A stretch of 63,979 nt of DNA, the filler included, from Octopus bimaculoides (taxonomy: Eukaryota), in the NCBI RefSeq assembly GCF_001194135.2. It is 5 parts of 5 records of this genome, joined end to end, with 100 filler letters (N's around TTAATTAATTAA, not from the genome) between each part and the next. Parts side by side here need not be neighbours in the genome. Positions count along the whole stretch, not along the records: positions 1 to 26,734 come from NC_068984.1; positions 26,835 to 53,448 come from NC_069000.1; 3 more parts are not named here. One strand, written 5' to 3'. A program made the position numbers and the translations under genes. Positions 23,848 to 39,499 of this stretch are shown here, piece by piece; the stretch's first letter is position 1; the number at the start of each line of letters is the position of its first letter. Under the pieces are notes generated by a model. The model saw only the letters and a list, made by a program, of their open reading frames with translations. It had not been told where the DNA came from and did no database searches.

Positions 23848-23933
23848 CATCATCAGCAGCAGCAGCAGAACTCGACGGCCACCACCATCATCATCACCAT
23901 CGGTATCGTCGTCGTCGTTGTCATCGTCATCAA

Positions 23934-23978
<45 letters not shown>

Positions 23979-23990
23979 TATCGTCGTCGT
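23848..23990. repeat. Compound (CAG)/(CAT)/(CGT) trinucleotide tract
   Basis: Seen directly. Confidence 0.9.
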
Positions 23991-23999
23991 TATAGGAAA

Positions 24000-24185
24000 A
24001 ACGTCGGACTGAATGCCTTGTGATTTCTTATTACGTATCTTTGAGTTTTGAGTTCAATTCATGCCGAGGTTATCTTTCCAGGGTCGATACAAGTATATAC
24101 GCCGTGTAGTGAAATCGATTTAATCGATCATATTCCCTTCTCCCTAACATGTTTGGTTGTATGACTAAGTCAGAAATCATTATCA
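24000..24185 (+). mobile_element. SINE family C fragment, diverged
   Basis: gagttcaattcatgccgagg...gggtcgata...atcgatttaatcga. Confidence 0.55.
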
Positions 24186-24194
24186 GTCACTATA

Positions 24195-24239
<45 letters not shown>

Positions 24240-25836
24240 AAACACCTGGCCAATCGTGATTTAGCAAACCTACAATCAAAAGCATTCAACTCATGATCAT
24301 CAGACCTGCTTAGGACAATGAATATCAACTGTATCTTTATTTGTTTAAGACGGTAAGGTCTGATTAGAAGAAAGTTTAGTTATCATTTCTAGGATGTCGA
24401 ACATCCCAGAGAATTCTCGTTTTTTTTATTGTTGTTGTTTTTTTGTTTTTGAAGAGGAGGGGACAGAATTTGGTTAAAACAGTGTTTCAGATAAAGGTTT
24501 GTCATGCATAAGGTTCATCAAAGGATATAAAAACAGTCGTTGTTGATTTTGAGCTCCAGGTTACTCCTGGTTGAGCATATGATCTCAACCACGGGCGTTC
24601 CAGCTTTGACCATTTCGTATTATATATATTTTTACCTTGTCCAAACGTCTGTCGAATACATTATTGACCATAGAAGTCCGTTATTTTTAAAGTAATTAGT
24701 TCTCTGATATTACTGTTATAATTTTTTTAAGACGGTAAGATGGGATTTGAGGGAGAGTAATCGCTAGGAACTTCCATGTTGGTTCGGTACATGCAGTAAT
24801 TACAAACCAATGAAATCCTCATTAATTAAACAGATCACGTGCCAAATTTTAAGTGTTTTAGACATAAACATAGTGCAGTACCGATGAGGAGATTCGAACC
24901 AGCGACACTATAACTGCTGTCAAACACATTATTGACAACGGAAGTTCATTATTGCTGATGTAATTACTGTCTCTGGTATTGTGGTTGTTGTTATTTATTT
25001 TTGCTTTTATTGAATTGATTACTGTGTGTTTGTTTTTATTTAAACATGTCTGCTGACCTCAATGTTTTCCAGCCGGAATTTATTTCCGTGAACCACTTCT
25101 TACAAGATTCTTGATTCTTAAATAACTCAAATAATCTTATCACGACAAATATAATGTAACCCGTAGGTCATCATTACATTGGAGAAGGAGAAAGAGAGAT
25201 AGGGGTGATATATATATATNNNNNNNNNNNNNNNNNNNNNNNNNNNNNNNNNNNNNNNNNNNNNNNNNNNNNNNNNNNNNNNNNNNNNNNNNNNNNNNNN
25301 NNNNNNNNNNNNNNNNNNNNNNNNNNNNNNNNNNNNNNNNNNNNNNNNNNNNNNNNNNNNNNNNNNNNNNNNNNNNNNNNNNNNNNNNNNNNNNNNNNNN
25401 NNATTATATATATATTATATATATAGACAGAGAGAGAGAGAGAGAACTATTAAGACATTTGATGATCAAAAGTAAAAAATGTCTGATGATCAACAACAGA
25501 CAGAAATGTAATAAAACAATTAGCTCAGTCTGTTTCAGGAGTTAATTAAACACTGTATAATGTCATTGTTGCTGTTGTTGTTGTTGTTGTTGTTGTTATA
25601 GTTTAACCCTAGGAATGCTCTGATCATGTATACCTATAGTTATGATCAAAAACGTTCGTGCTTTGAGCACTCAATCTTTATTTTTGTATCTCCCAGGAAC
25701 GATATATTACACAGCGTGGTCTTCTTTCTTTTAAGACAATTATGGCTGCTTTGAGTGAGATCTAGTTATTGTTTGTCTTGTGGTTGTTATAGTTCTTGTT
25801 GTTACTATCGTTGCTTTTATTATTGTTATTATTAAA

Positions 25837-26237
25837 GGCGGTGAGCTGGCACAAACGTTAGCACGCCGGACGAAATGCTTAGCGGTATTTCGTCTGTCTT
25901 TATGTTCTGAGTTCAACTTCCGCCGAGGTCGACTTTGCCTTTCATCCTTTCAGGGTCGATAAATTAAGTACCAGTTACGCACTGGGGTCGATGTAATCGA
26001 CTTAATCCCTTGTTTGTCTCCTCTATGTTTATCCCCTTGTGGGCAGTAAAGAAATAAGAAACGTTAGCACGCCGGGCGAAATGCTTAGCGGTATTTCGTC
26101 TGTCTTTACGTTCTGAGTTCAAATTCCGTCGAGGTCGACTTTGCCTTTCATCCTTTCGGGGTCGATAAATTAAGTACTGGGTCGAGCTAATCGACTGGCC
26201 CCCTCCCCAAAAGTTTCGGGCCTTATGCCTAGAGTAG
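25837..26237 (+). mobile_element. SINE family C dimer
   Basis: ggcggtgagctggca head, two monomers, junction at ~26058 matching the 4545 copy. Confidence 0.9.
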
Positions 26238-26734
26238 AAAAGAATATTAAGCACCTGCTCACTTGCACACAGCTACATACACGTACACATTGAATGATAT
26301 AGTTTATGTATAACGTATGTATTCTTTTATTATTACCAGTCACTAAATTTCAGATATACTGAGGTGCCACCGGCAAGGGTTTAGTCAATCATATAGAAAC
26401 CATTAATTACTTCAGTCTGGCTTTAAAGTGATGCGAATGTAAACAAAAACACACCCAGGCTACAGCACACACACACACATACATGCAAACACATATGTAT
26501 GTATGTTGTCGTATGTATATATGTATGTTATATTACGTATGTAAGTATGTTGTAGAATGTATGTATGTGTGTATGCATGTATGTATGCTGTAGTATGTAT
26601 GCATGTATGAATGTTGTAGTATATATGTATGTATGTTGTAGTATACATGTATGTATCTATGTATATATGTTCGTATGTTGTAGTACGCATGTATGTATGT
26701 TGTCATATGTATATATGTATGTTGTAGCATGTAT

Positions 26735-26834
26735 NNNNNNNNNNNNNNNNNNNNNNNNNNNNNNNNNNNNNNNNNNNNTTAATTAATTAANNNNNNNNNN
26801 NNNNNNNNNNNNNNNNNNNNNNNNNNNNNNNNNN
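26735..26834. other. Artificial 100 bp scaffold spacer (N44-TTAATTAATTAA-N44)
   Basis: The same construct occurs at 53449-53548, 59038-59137 and 61882-61981; the 12-mer gives stops in all six frames. Confidence 0.9.
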
Positions 26835-27679
26835 ACAAAACTCCGGAAGAAAACCCAAACTTTCAGATAAGGACCGTTGGACTCTTACACGAATTGTTAG
26901 AAAGGATCACAAAAGTACAGCTCCCAAAATTACTGCAGAGCTTAACGACCACCTCGAGAATCCAGTTTCCACAAAAACTGTTCGCCGGAAGGTGCACAAA
27001 GCTGGATTTCACAGGAGGGCTGCAATTAGAAAACCACTACTTTCAAAAACAAACATTGCAAAGCGTTTAGAGTGGAGTAAAAACCTACAGAATTGGTTCC
27101 TAGAGCAGTGGAAGAATGTTATTTTCTCAGATGAGTCATCCTTTACCTTATTTCTGACCACCAGCTGAGTATACGTATGGAGACAGCTGAAAGAAGCATT
27201 TGACCCATCTTCCAACTGTTAAACATGGAGGAGTATCTAGAAATCCACCGGCCCAATGGTTTCCCTTCAAATTCATCCTATGGTTGCGGAACTGTTTCCA
27301 GAGGGAAACGCAATCTTTCAGGATGATAATGCAGCAATTCACACAGCTAAAGTTGTTACTGAATGGTATGAGGAACATTCTAGTGAAGTCGAACATTTTA
27401 TCTGGCCACCACAGGCTCCAGATCTTAATATTATTGAACATTTATGGTGCATTTTAGAAAAATAAGTAAAGAGTCAATATCCTCCGCCATCATTACTGCA
27501 AGAACTGGAGACTGCTTTAGCTAAAGAATGGACGAAAATTCCTTTGGAAACAATTCAAACTTTGTATGAATCCATACTTCATAGAATTCAAGCTGAAATT
27601 ACTGCCAAAGGCAGTCCTACCTCGTATTAAAATAAATTTGTTTGAAATTTTAAGGTGTTTCCATTATTTTGTCCAACCA

Positions 27680-27682
<3 letters not shown>
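26835..27682 (+). mobile_element. Tc1-family (DD34E) transposon remnant, 5' end lost in a gap, with internal deletion and stops
   Basis: Translation gives SGRKPKLS...VSTKTVRR...RKPLLS...VIFSDES...LPTVKHGG...IFQDDNAAIH...WPPQAPDLNIIEHLW...KGSPTSY*. The right end ...ttttgtccaaccactg|TA is a typical CAGTG terminus. Confidence 0.9.
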
Positions 27683-27727
<45 letters not shown>

Positions 27728-29261
27728 TATGGCCTAATAAAGATGGAATGGTCACAGTTGGAACAGCTTTGGCCATAGGTCTGTTGGATCAGAGTCAGCC
27801 TGGAGTTATACAACAATTGAAAACATTTGCTCTCTACCTTAGGCAGCCCACAGACATACAGACTACATTCATAGATCAATTGCCATGGAAACCACCATCT
27901 ACAAGATATGTCAATGTAGACTTCCATAAAAACTAGACATGTGAATATCACCTTTCACCAAGCTATATTAGCACATCATTGAATTGTACCTAACTATGGA
28001 ATCTATTTACAGATAGGAGGAATAAACTATGGTACTTATTCAGGTGGTGATGTAATGGAAGACATGAAGGTGCCAGGTGTGGTGGTAGTGGTAGCAGTAT
28101 TAATAAGGGTGTTAGTAGTAATAATGGTAATGTTGATGGCAGTGATGATGATGGTCATGCAGGTGATAGAGGTAGTCATGTTGATGGTAATGATAGTGGT
28201 GGTAGTAGTGATGATGATGTAAACCAGCTGGGACTAAAGTGTGAACAACTGTGTGATATTTTACATTCAATAAGTGAAAATTTGATTGATTAACAGCCTG
28301 CCGTTTTGTTCTCTTGCCAACATAACACTGGTATACATACATATATGTACACATATACACAAATAAAATGGCATACAAACTTACAGACACAAACAAGCAC
28401 TTCACATGTACACAAAAGTAGACATATATGCACAAGCTTACATCATTGCCCCAAGTACTCAAGGCATACATATAGGTGTATGTATGTATGTGTATGTATA
28501 CATGTGTACATATGCATTTGTTTATGCGTGTATGCACACACACACACACAAATAGGCTCAACCACGCTCACATAAAATACACACCAACAGACACAGTTAT
28601 AAGTGCGCGCACACACATACACAGAGTCAACCAGTGAATTTCCTCTCATTTCAGTGCTAATTCATCTAATTATATCAATACTAGCAGTAAGATGCAGCAT
28701 CTAAAGACATGCCAAAATGATGGCAGGAAGGATGGAGCAATCTCTTTGTTTCACTCTGTCTGAAACCCTAAAAGGTGAGCAACTGTTTTGAGGAGGCCAT
28801 CTCTTACATCAAGTCATTTTACTACTGCTACTGTTTATCTGAACAAGGGAGGCCTCTATGCAGTCACTAGACTGGCAAGAAGTAGCACCAAAATCTCTCT
28901 CAGATGCCATCCAGCTGTATTAAAAGAAGGAAAGGATACATTTGATAACGTATTCCCAGAGATAAAGAAAGGACAGAGTGATTGGAACATCTTTGATAAT
29001 AAGTCTCCTACATTAGAGCTAACCCTTGGGAATAAATTCTGGAGTTAACTTAAGGAACACTGGATGCATTATGGTGCCTAGTTGCACCTTAAAGACAAAG
29101 TACTTTTGATAAGTAAGACTTTGATACTGAGGTACATGTTATAGTGTCTAAAAAAGATAAACAAGTCCTGTGGAGCACTCCCTCTCCTATAGGAAATGAA
29201 TACACACACACATGTTCTACTTTTTTTTAAAAATATTTCATCTGTGATGCGTTATTTTGTT

Positions 29262-29580
29262 TTTAGATAAATCTTTTAAGTTCGTACTAATGCTTTAAAT
29301 GCATATTGAATGCTTAAAAACTACAAAAGATGTCTTATTTACACTTTTTTGTCACTGAGGTGTGCAAAAAATAACAGCTGAATAACGTTTTTGAATAAAT
29401 CTTTTAAGTTTGTACTAATGCATTAAATGCATGTTGTTTACCCATTTTTTTTTGTCATTGAAGTGTGCTAAAAATAACAGCTAAATGACATTTTTGGATA
29501 AACCTTTTAAGTTTGTGCTATGCATTTAATAATGCATACTAAATGCTTCAAACTACAAAAGATGTGTTATTTACTCATTT
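29262..29580. repeat. Composite tandem repeat of modular AT-rich units
   Basis: taaatcttttaagtttgtactaatgc three times; aaactacaaaagatgt.ttatttac twice; ttttgtca.tga.gtgtgc.aaaaataacagct twice. Confidence 0.85.
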
Positions 29581-30249
29581 TCTGCATGCAGAATACAAAT
29601 ATTGACAACACATGCTATTTTTAGGATGGTGACAACAAAATGTGCAGTCATGCACATACCGACAGCTTCCAAATCCTGTTTCCTGACTGGGTGACAATGA
29701 TCAAACTTTAAACCTCTATAACTTTTTAAAAGCATTTTTTTTTGGAAAAAGTGAAATAACTCCAGCAATTCAGCTTGGAAAAGTACATTAATGTGCCAAA
29801 TTAAACATTTTTTGATAAACTTTAATTTTTGAAATGCTGGCAGTCAAATGGAAAAGATCCAATTATTGTATACAAGAAGTGCCCCAACATGGCAACAATC
29901 CAATTATTGCAACTAGTAAAAGAATGACTGTATCACATAAGCCAATAAGAGAGGTTGTACATGGTTGCTTGACATGCAAGCAATAGCAGTCAGCTAAGGA
30001 GTAGAAGTCTATGAGTTCAAGTTAGAAGCTATTATTTGGTTGTCAGGGATGGAATCAGTAAAGCTGTACAACTCTGAAGACAGAATGCATTAAAATTTCT
30101 GATTTCACAGATCTCAATTTAAAAACAATCAAATCAGATTTAAGAGTTTCTATGAAGGAGGATCAGAAAGAAGCAATTCTGTTTCTAAGAAGAGAATATT
30201 AGTAAATTTTAAGTTTAGTTTAACAATTTGATCCTTATTCTATACATTT

Positions 30250-30632
30250 TTATCTTTTATCATTTATGTGTTTAAGTCATTAGATTGCGACCATGCTAGG
30301 GCACCACCTTTTAGTTGAATGAATTGACCCCAGTAATTGCTTTATTTTAAGCCTGGTACTGATACTGTTGGTCACATTGCTGGACTGCTAAGTTACGGAG
30401 GATATAAACAAACCAACACTGGTTGTTAAACAGTGGCGACACACACACACACACACATACACAAACACACATGACGGGCTTTTTTCCAGTTTCTGTCTAC
30501 CAAATTTACTCACAAGGCTTTAGTTGGCCTGAGGCTATAGTAGAAGACAGTTGTCCAAGGTGCCACGCAGTGGAATTGAACCAGGAACCATGTGGTTGGG
30601 AAGCAAGCTTCTTACCACAGAGCCACGTCTGC
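30250..30632 (-). mobile_element. SINE family B, near full length, CpG-decayed
   Basis: Collinear with the other family B copies. Confidence 0.85.
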
Positions 30633-30944
30633 TCCTACATACACTATTTCTTGAATAAATTTTGTAAGAATAAACTTTTCACTCTTTTACAACATAACTT
30701 TTTATTCCATACCTGAATGGATGAATATTCCCATCCTCATAGCTGAGGAGTAGGTATCTCAAATATACCCACCATTCTTCACTACACACCCTCCCTATTT
30801 TCTCTACCCAGTCCTTGATGTCATCATTCAATTTTTATCTTTGTTGCTTACAAGCTGGTTTTCTGTCCACTCAACCCCCAAGAAAACAGGCACAACATTT
30901 CTGGGCCCTGATAAATTTACCAAATATTGCTTTCAAACACAAAG

Positions 30945-31115
30945 GCAGCAGTTTGAGAGGAGGTGACAAGTTGATTCCATCACCCCCAATGTTCAACTGG
31001 TACTTATTTTATTGACCTTGAAAGGAGGAAAGGTGGAATTTGAACTCAGAACATAGACATACAAAATGCCACTTTTGCCCAGCATGTTAACAATTCTGTC
31101 TGCTTGCTGCCTTGA
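30945..31115 (-). mobile_element. SINE family C, CpG-decayed
   Basis: ctggtacttattttattgaccttgaaagg...ggaatttgaactcagaac...gttaacaattctg. Confidence 0.7.
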
Positions 31116-31224
31116 ATTAACCAAATATTGCTTTCATGTTCCATTCACTTTCATTTTATATTCAAACAATATTTTAATCTTAAAACAGAGAAATTAACCA
31201 AGTTTATTTCTTGTAAAATTGTCA

Positions 31225-31606
31225 TTTTATCTTTTATTGTTTCAGTCATTAGACTGGTCATACTGGGGCACTGCTTTGAAGAATTTTTAGCTGAATGAAT
31301 TGATTCCAGTACTTTTTTTTTAAAGCCTAGTACTTATGCTATTGGTCACTTTTGCTGAACTGCTAAGTTATAGGGATGTAAACACACCAATACCAGTTGT
31401 CAAGTGGTGGTAGTGGGAAGGGTCAGAGACAGACAGGCACACACACACACAACGGGCTTCTTTCAGTTTCCATCTACCAAATTTACTCACAAGGCTTTGG
31501 TCGGCCAGAAGCTGTAGTAGAAGGCACTTGCCCAAGGTGCCATGCAGGGGAACTGAACCTGGAACCATGTGGTTAGGAAGCAAGCTTCTTACTACACAAC
31601 CATGCC
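31225..31606 (-). mobile_element. SINE family B, near full length, CpG-decayed
   Basis: Includes the CORE-like ttgggcaagtgccttctact and tRNA-like head. Confidence 0.85.
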
Positions 31607-31943
31607 TACTTGTTAAGTTATTTTTAGATGTTCAATGTTTTTTATTGTTATTTGTACTTTTAATTTTTTAACTGATAAACAAAGTTGTTTCTTTCATGGG
31701 AAAGTTTCAGTTATCTCCTAAGCTGTCTCAAACTGACTGGGAATGAAAGACATTTACTGCAACTCAGGATAGATCTGGTGGAGTTAATTTAGAGTACTAG
31801 AGAGTTTGGGGTGAGGCTGTTGAGCAGTGGAAAGTCATGAGGTGCATTTAGTTGATATTAATGATTGGCTGATCCAAATGGATGAAGAGACAATGATGGT
31901 CAGGAAAAGGTTTCATTTGATGGTTAGAAAGAGGTCAAAGTTA

Positions 31944-31998
<55 letters not shown>

Positions 31999-32099
31999 TA
32001 AATATAAGTATGAATGGATGCTAACTGGTGCAAATGACGGAGAGTGAGAGAAGTGTAAGAGTGTGAGAGAAGTGTAAGAGACAGGGATTGCTGTGTACA

Positions 32100-33330
32100 T
32101 TGAAGTCACTGATGATATTGACTACAGAAAGAGGCGATGTGAATTTAGATATGCAGGAACAGAGATAGTCAATAACTGATTGATAGTAGCGGAGTTTCAG
32201 GAAAGAAAATGAGAGCAGATGAATTTAGAGAAGGAAGGGAAATTTTGAGCTACAGTAATTAGAAGTCATTGATATACAGGTGAAAGAGGAAAGTGGTGGG
32301 AGAAGAGAATGTATGCAAGCACAGTCACTGCCTTTTACAGCAAAGTTTGAGTATAAAGTGTCCTGGGAGTAGAGAAATGAGAGAAAGGAAATGAGATATT
32401 AATGTCTTAGAGGATATGTGATTTGCATGTTAGTACAAAGTGGTGATTAGAGTCCAAGTTGAACTGAAATCTACAATTTTTTTTTTATTGGATTGGTCTG
32501 AAAGAAGGGACTGCCAATGTTGGTTTTCATAGACCTTCTAATCAGTGAGAAGGAAATAGTTAACATTCCTTTTGAATAGTTGTAAGTTGATGACTGCATG
32601 AAAACTATGAGCAGAGAGGATTTCCAGAGCCCAATGTTCTTGAAAGATAGAACTTGGTGAATATAATACAAGACCAGCCAATGTCAAGAAGTAGAGGTCA
32701 GTGTAGTTTCAAAAGAAAAGGCAGAGAGATGACATGGTATGTCTGTGGACCAGAATTTAGAGCATGTTTATGAGCAACTTTGTCAAGGGTGGTTTTTCTG
32801 TAGATGCTGTCTAGGATGTCTTTGTATGTAGCAGCAGCACCAAATTTGGAGCAGAACCCCATCATGGATCTTATGTAAGCTGTGTAGAATGTCAGTAGTT
32901 GTTGGGAATAGAATATTTTCTATGAAGATGTGCTTTTACCAGGATGTGACGGTAAAGCTTAAAATTTGTAGTGGCCTTACAGATTCTAGTTGCATGTTAT
33001 TCATAGTTAGAAGTTATGAGTGCAATAGTGTCTTTTTGATATGTGTAGTAACTGTGTTATTGTATTGTTGAAAGACACAAAAATGATGTAACTTCTTAGG
33101 AAGATGTTCACAAGGATTCTGTTCATAGAGTTAATGCAGATTTGGCATGTGATGTCTAGGTTGCATGTTGATAGGGTGCTGAAGATTAGAGAGAAACTAG
33201 CAGGCCTCCCGGCCTTCAGCCTGGTCTGTACAATGCTCGAATGTATTCATAAGGCACACATTGGCATCTATCATAATGCCATTCTCCTTACAATAAAAGT
33301 TGCTAAAAGGTATTTCAATATTGCATAACA
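32100..33330 (-). mobile_element. Highly decayed CR1/L2-like LINE pieces
   Basis: Remnant motifs LFLFHLYINDF (RT) and LTFYTAYIRSMMGFCSKFG (post-RT), with many stops; the motifs are out of collinear order, suggesting two fragments. Confidence 0.4.
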
Positions 33331-33860
33331 TAATTTTTAACATGTATATATAGAATATCTAAATTGTGCTGCCACTAATACCTATTAATCTATACTGCCA
33401 CCACTTCCCCACTCTGTCCCACTTATTTTTTTTCTTCCCTAAATCCCCTTTCTATCTGTCTCATACTTTTTCTCTTGAGAGAAAAAGAAATAAGGGTAGT
33501 GTGAGAGAGAGAGAGAGAGAGTGAGAGAGAGTGAGAGAGAGAGNNNNNNNNNNNNNNNNNNNNNNNNNNNNNNNNNNNNNNNNNNNNNNNNNNNNNNNNN
33601 NNNNNNNNNNNNNNNNNNNNNNNNNNNNNNNNNNNNNNNNNNNNNNNNNNNNNNNNNNNNNNNNNNNNNNNNNNNNNNNNNNNNNNNNNNNNNNNNNNNN
33701 NNNNNNNNNNNNNNNNNNNNNNNGGAGAGAGAGAGAGAGAGAGAGTGAGAGAGAGATATATATATAGAGAGAGCAGAGGTCTGGTGTCTCACTTGTTTTT
33801 TCTCTGTAACCTCGCCTCTCTCTCACAGATGTCTTTTCTCTAGAGAGAAAAAGAGGTAGT

Positions 33861-33891
<31 letters not shown>

Positions 33892-34570
33892 GATAGTGAG
33901 AGAGATAGACATAGAGAGCGACATGTAGATAGAGGGAAAGCAGAGGTCCAGCAGTGACTTCAAAGTAATAAATGTAATGTATAAACTTAGAGAAAGTTGG
34001 AGGTGGATTGAGTGATAGGTGGAGTATTTTTTCATTCTGTAAAAAGCATAACAGTGAAGTGACAGTACGTGGATTGCTAGAAATAGAAGCCAATACACCA
34101 CCAACTCCTCTCTTGCCATTCCATTTTCAGAAAATAAGTGCACAGTTATCTGCAGAATGGTCAAATTGATTTAAATGACATGGAAAAACCTGAAATATTA
34201 TCAATTTTATTTAGTGTTTCCAGCAGTCAATGTACAAACAAACTTTGCTTTTTATAAGGATGTAGATGAAGAATGGTATTATCTGTGTATGTGTGGGTAT
34301 TGTAGGAAGTGACTCTGATGCATAAGCACACCAAATTTGATGGAGTGTGGGTCTATAAACTTTGGATGGGTCTTTAGAGGAGGGAGAGAGACTTTGTCTA
34401 GTCCAAAGAATGTTGAATGTTGTACTGTCAGTAGTGAATGACACATGAAAATAGGTTTCCTGTAGAGCAAGTTTTATGATGGGCAAAAGAAAGGAGAGAC
34501 TGAGATTTAATGTGTTCTGGAAAGGCTGTAATTAATGGCTGTCTAAATAATGTTAGAAATGAGTGTTATA

Positions 34571-35246
34571 TGAAGGTGGCTGAAAAGTTCATAGGTTGAC
34601 TATGAAGGAGTGATGCTAGATCTATGAAATCTTGCATGTATTGATTACAGCTCTTCTTATTAATAACTGCATCTAACTGTTCAAAGAAGACTTCAAAAAG
34701 TAACTAGTTGTGAATTCTGTTGGAAATGGACAAAATTTGGTATTGTGGTGTTATCAAGTACCTGCAGAAAAAGGTTTTAACTTCCAAGGACATTCATACT
34801 GATATGGTTGCTACATTAGGGGATGATGCTCCAGTTCTATCAACAGTCCAAAAGTGGGTGGCTGAATTTAGGAGGGGAAGGGAGAGTCTTATAGATGTCC
34901 TAATGTTTAGACGTCCACTGAAGAAAACATTGTGTTCACCACATGCCAGTGGATGATAGGAGATTGATGGTAAATCAAAGCGCTAATGCTATTCATATGT
35001 TCCTTTAGAGAGTTGTGAATATTCTGCACAATGAACTTGGAATGAATATGGTTTCTGCTCAGTGGGTGCCATGGTCTTCTGACACGTGATCAAAAGCACA
35101 CCAAGCTGACCACATCATGTGGAAATCTGATACTGTGTGAGACAGATCCAGTTGGTTTCCTTGAACGTTTCCTAACCCAGGATGAGTGTTGGATTCATCA
35201 CTTTGAGCCAGAGACAAACAGACAATCCATGCAGTGGAAACACCCC
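34571..35246 (+). mobile_element. Mariner 5' fragment (left TIR plus transposase N-terminal half)
   Basis: TA|tgaaggtggctgaaaagttcataggttgac terminus; MDKIWYCGVIKYLQKK...STVQKWVAEFRRGRESL; later VSAQWVP and FLTQDECWIHHFEPET...SMQWKH, with frameshifts. Confidence 0.85.
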
Positions 35247-36104
35247 CACCTCATTTACTGGTTACAATGATAAAGATTTTTAACATTACCTTTTGAGGAA
35301 GGGTACAGAACAGTTGGTTAAACCTATCAGCATTATATTTCATCAATCTTAGATAGTGTGTGGCCTAGTAGTTAGAGGGTTGCACTCATGACAGCCAGAT
35401 CATGGGTTCACTTCCAGGATTGAGAATTGCTCTAGTGCTGTGTAGGGACCAGCATGTCAAAAAATAAATCCAAAGTGTGTGTCATAAAAGGCAACTAAAA
35501 ACCATCGCCACTGACTACCCAAACAGACCCATGGGTTAGAGGTGTCATCCATCAGGAGTAGAGAATCACCAACAGATGGTGGATGCAGAGATTTGCTGTT
35601 ACAGCACATGCCCCTATATTCCTTCTCCTCCTCCTCATACTACTACTACTAGAAGGATAAACAACAGAGATGACTTCAGATTTGAACTCAAGAATATAAA
35701 GAGTTGTTGAATTCCCTCCTAACATTTCTTTAATAGTAGTTAGGCCACACAGGATAAGACAGGCTTCCTGGTCATTCAACCTATTAAAAGATAGCAGCTA
35801 CATCTCTCTCAAATCATGCCCTCCTATCACTGAAAACAAAAGGGAGGTACCATCTATATTCAAACGAAATTCTGTCTGTCTGGGATCCCTGTATCTCAGT
35901 CTACATTTGCTCTACATAGACATATTATACCTTTTTGGAATCAGGATGATCTCAAGATTAAAAATCTGCACTTCAATTGGTTCTTGAACATCCAACACTG
36001 GGATCTGATTTAAAAGCATTTGGGTTGCTGTTTCGAGCAGGTAAAGTGACTGTGAGAGGTACAAGAGTTACCTCCCTTAGTTTTGCTAAAGGAATTTAGT
36101 GGTT

Positions 36105-36320
36105 CTTTTATCTTTTTCAGCCATGAGACTGCAGCCACGCTGGGGTACTGCCTTGAAGAATTTAATCGAACAAATTGACACCAGTTCTTTCTTTTTTATG
36201 CCTCGTACATTTTTATTGGTCTCTTTTACTGAATCACTAAGTTACATGAATGTAAACACAGCAACACCAGTTATCAAGAGGTGGTGGTGGGGGGCCAAAT
36301 ACAGACACAAAGTCACAATA
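36105..36320 (-). mobile_element. SINE family B 3' half
   Basis: Tail and body match family B. Confidence 0.75.
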
Positions 36321-36344
36321 CATATATACATACACACACACATA

Positions 36345-36405
<61 letters not shown>

Positions 36406-36842
36406 CTTCTATTCAAATTTCAAAAGATCTCCAAAAATTTGCAAAGTTACAAGTTTTTCATTTAAACTGAATTTAAAGTAATACTATATTGGTAAGGTAC
36501 CAATAAATGCTTTATTATTATCACTCTCTTTGGTTTTGGGCCAGTGGCCCAATTAGCCCTCCACAGGATATACTATGCCTGAAAAAAAAAGGGGATGGTC
36601 ATGATTGGAATGCCTTTGATCACAGGTCTGCTCCACATGGACTAAACAACAACTGAGTTATTTTTCTTTTTGTCAAACTATGAAGAAGATATTGTACATG
36701 AGTAGGACCAACTGCTTTAACTTAGCAATAACAAACACATGAATGACCCTTTATGTAGTCACTCAATTTGTTAGAAACAGCAGCCAAATCACTCATAAAC
36801 CACACTCTATTTTAGGAAGAAAAGTACATATACTGGATACTA

Positions 36843-38555
<1,713 letters not shown>

Positions 38556-39328
38556 TTAACAAACACAATACATTTATATTTCACAAAAATATGGCTATAG
38601 CAAAGAGTTTAGAGTTATTTGGTCATCATAAAGGAGTGATCGAAACTGTTAAGGTTTGGACAGACTACTTTACTGTGATTTGTTCATCAACATTCCCTAG
38701 TTCAATACCCAAATGAATCAATGTGGCCTTTCATTTTCCATATCGTACAATACTCCATTTAGTAATATGTATTTACTAAAGTATCTTTTCTGTTCTTTCA
38801 GCTATTAGAAAACACTTTCTACCTCATAATAAATACCACAAAATATTCAACAAACATACAATAAAATTCTGCTATTCCATAAAGCCTAGCTTAGGGGATA
38901 TTATATCTTCCTTAAATTATAAAAAAACTTAATAACATTAATAATAATTATTATCCTAGTAATAATCACAATAATCATAACAATATCAATACAACTTCTA
39001 ATCCAAATATTACTATTACTTCTTTTACTATATATGTGTGTATGCGTGTGGATATGTACATTTATATGTACATATGTGTGTGTGTGTGGGGGGGGGGGGC
39101 AAACAGAAGAAATAGGCACGCAACACATTTCGTAGGAGTTACATGTAGTATTATTGTTTTAAGCAGTTCAATTGGGCTGTGTGACTGGGCTTCTTGCTCA
39201 GTAATTTGAGCCGGAATGGGCTAAATTTCTGTGGGAGGTCTGTGAAGATTTGGGTCACATGGAGCGGAGTCAGGCTATTTTAAATAGTAGTGTATGTATG
39301 TATAAATGAGTATGTAAATATGAGTGTG

Positions 39329-39386
<58 letters not shown>

Positions 39387-39499
39387 TAGATAGATATAGA
39401 TATATATACATATATATACATATGTGTCTATATATATGTATAAGTGCGAAAATATAGACAACTAAAGCATGCAGAGTAAAGCCACTTGGCAAAGATTGA

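Noticed and set aside
23790-23860. Hammerhead on the minus strand (ctgatga...gc gaaacgtgtgtc)
   Set aside because: The CTGATGA comes from a (CAT)n microsatellite and helix I does not pair. At most a decayed relic of GAAACGCGCGTC.
26462-26734. Coding repeat or novel satellite
   Set aside because: A (TATG)n-derived higher-order microsatellite with a periodic ttgtag variant; no other structure.
29262-29580. CRISPR-like array
   Set aside because: Eukaryotic context; the spacers are themselves repeated modules and spacing is irregular.
33440-33910. Duplicated GA-rich blocks
   Set aside because: Low-complexity sequence around a gap; not distinguishable from slippage or assembly error.
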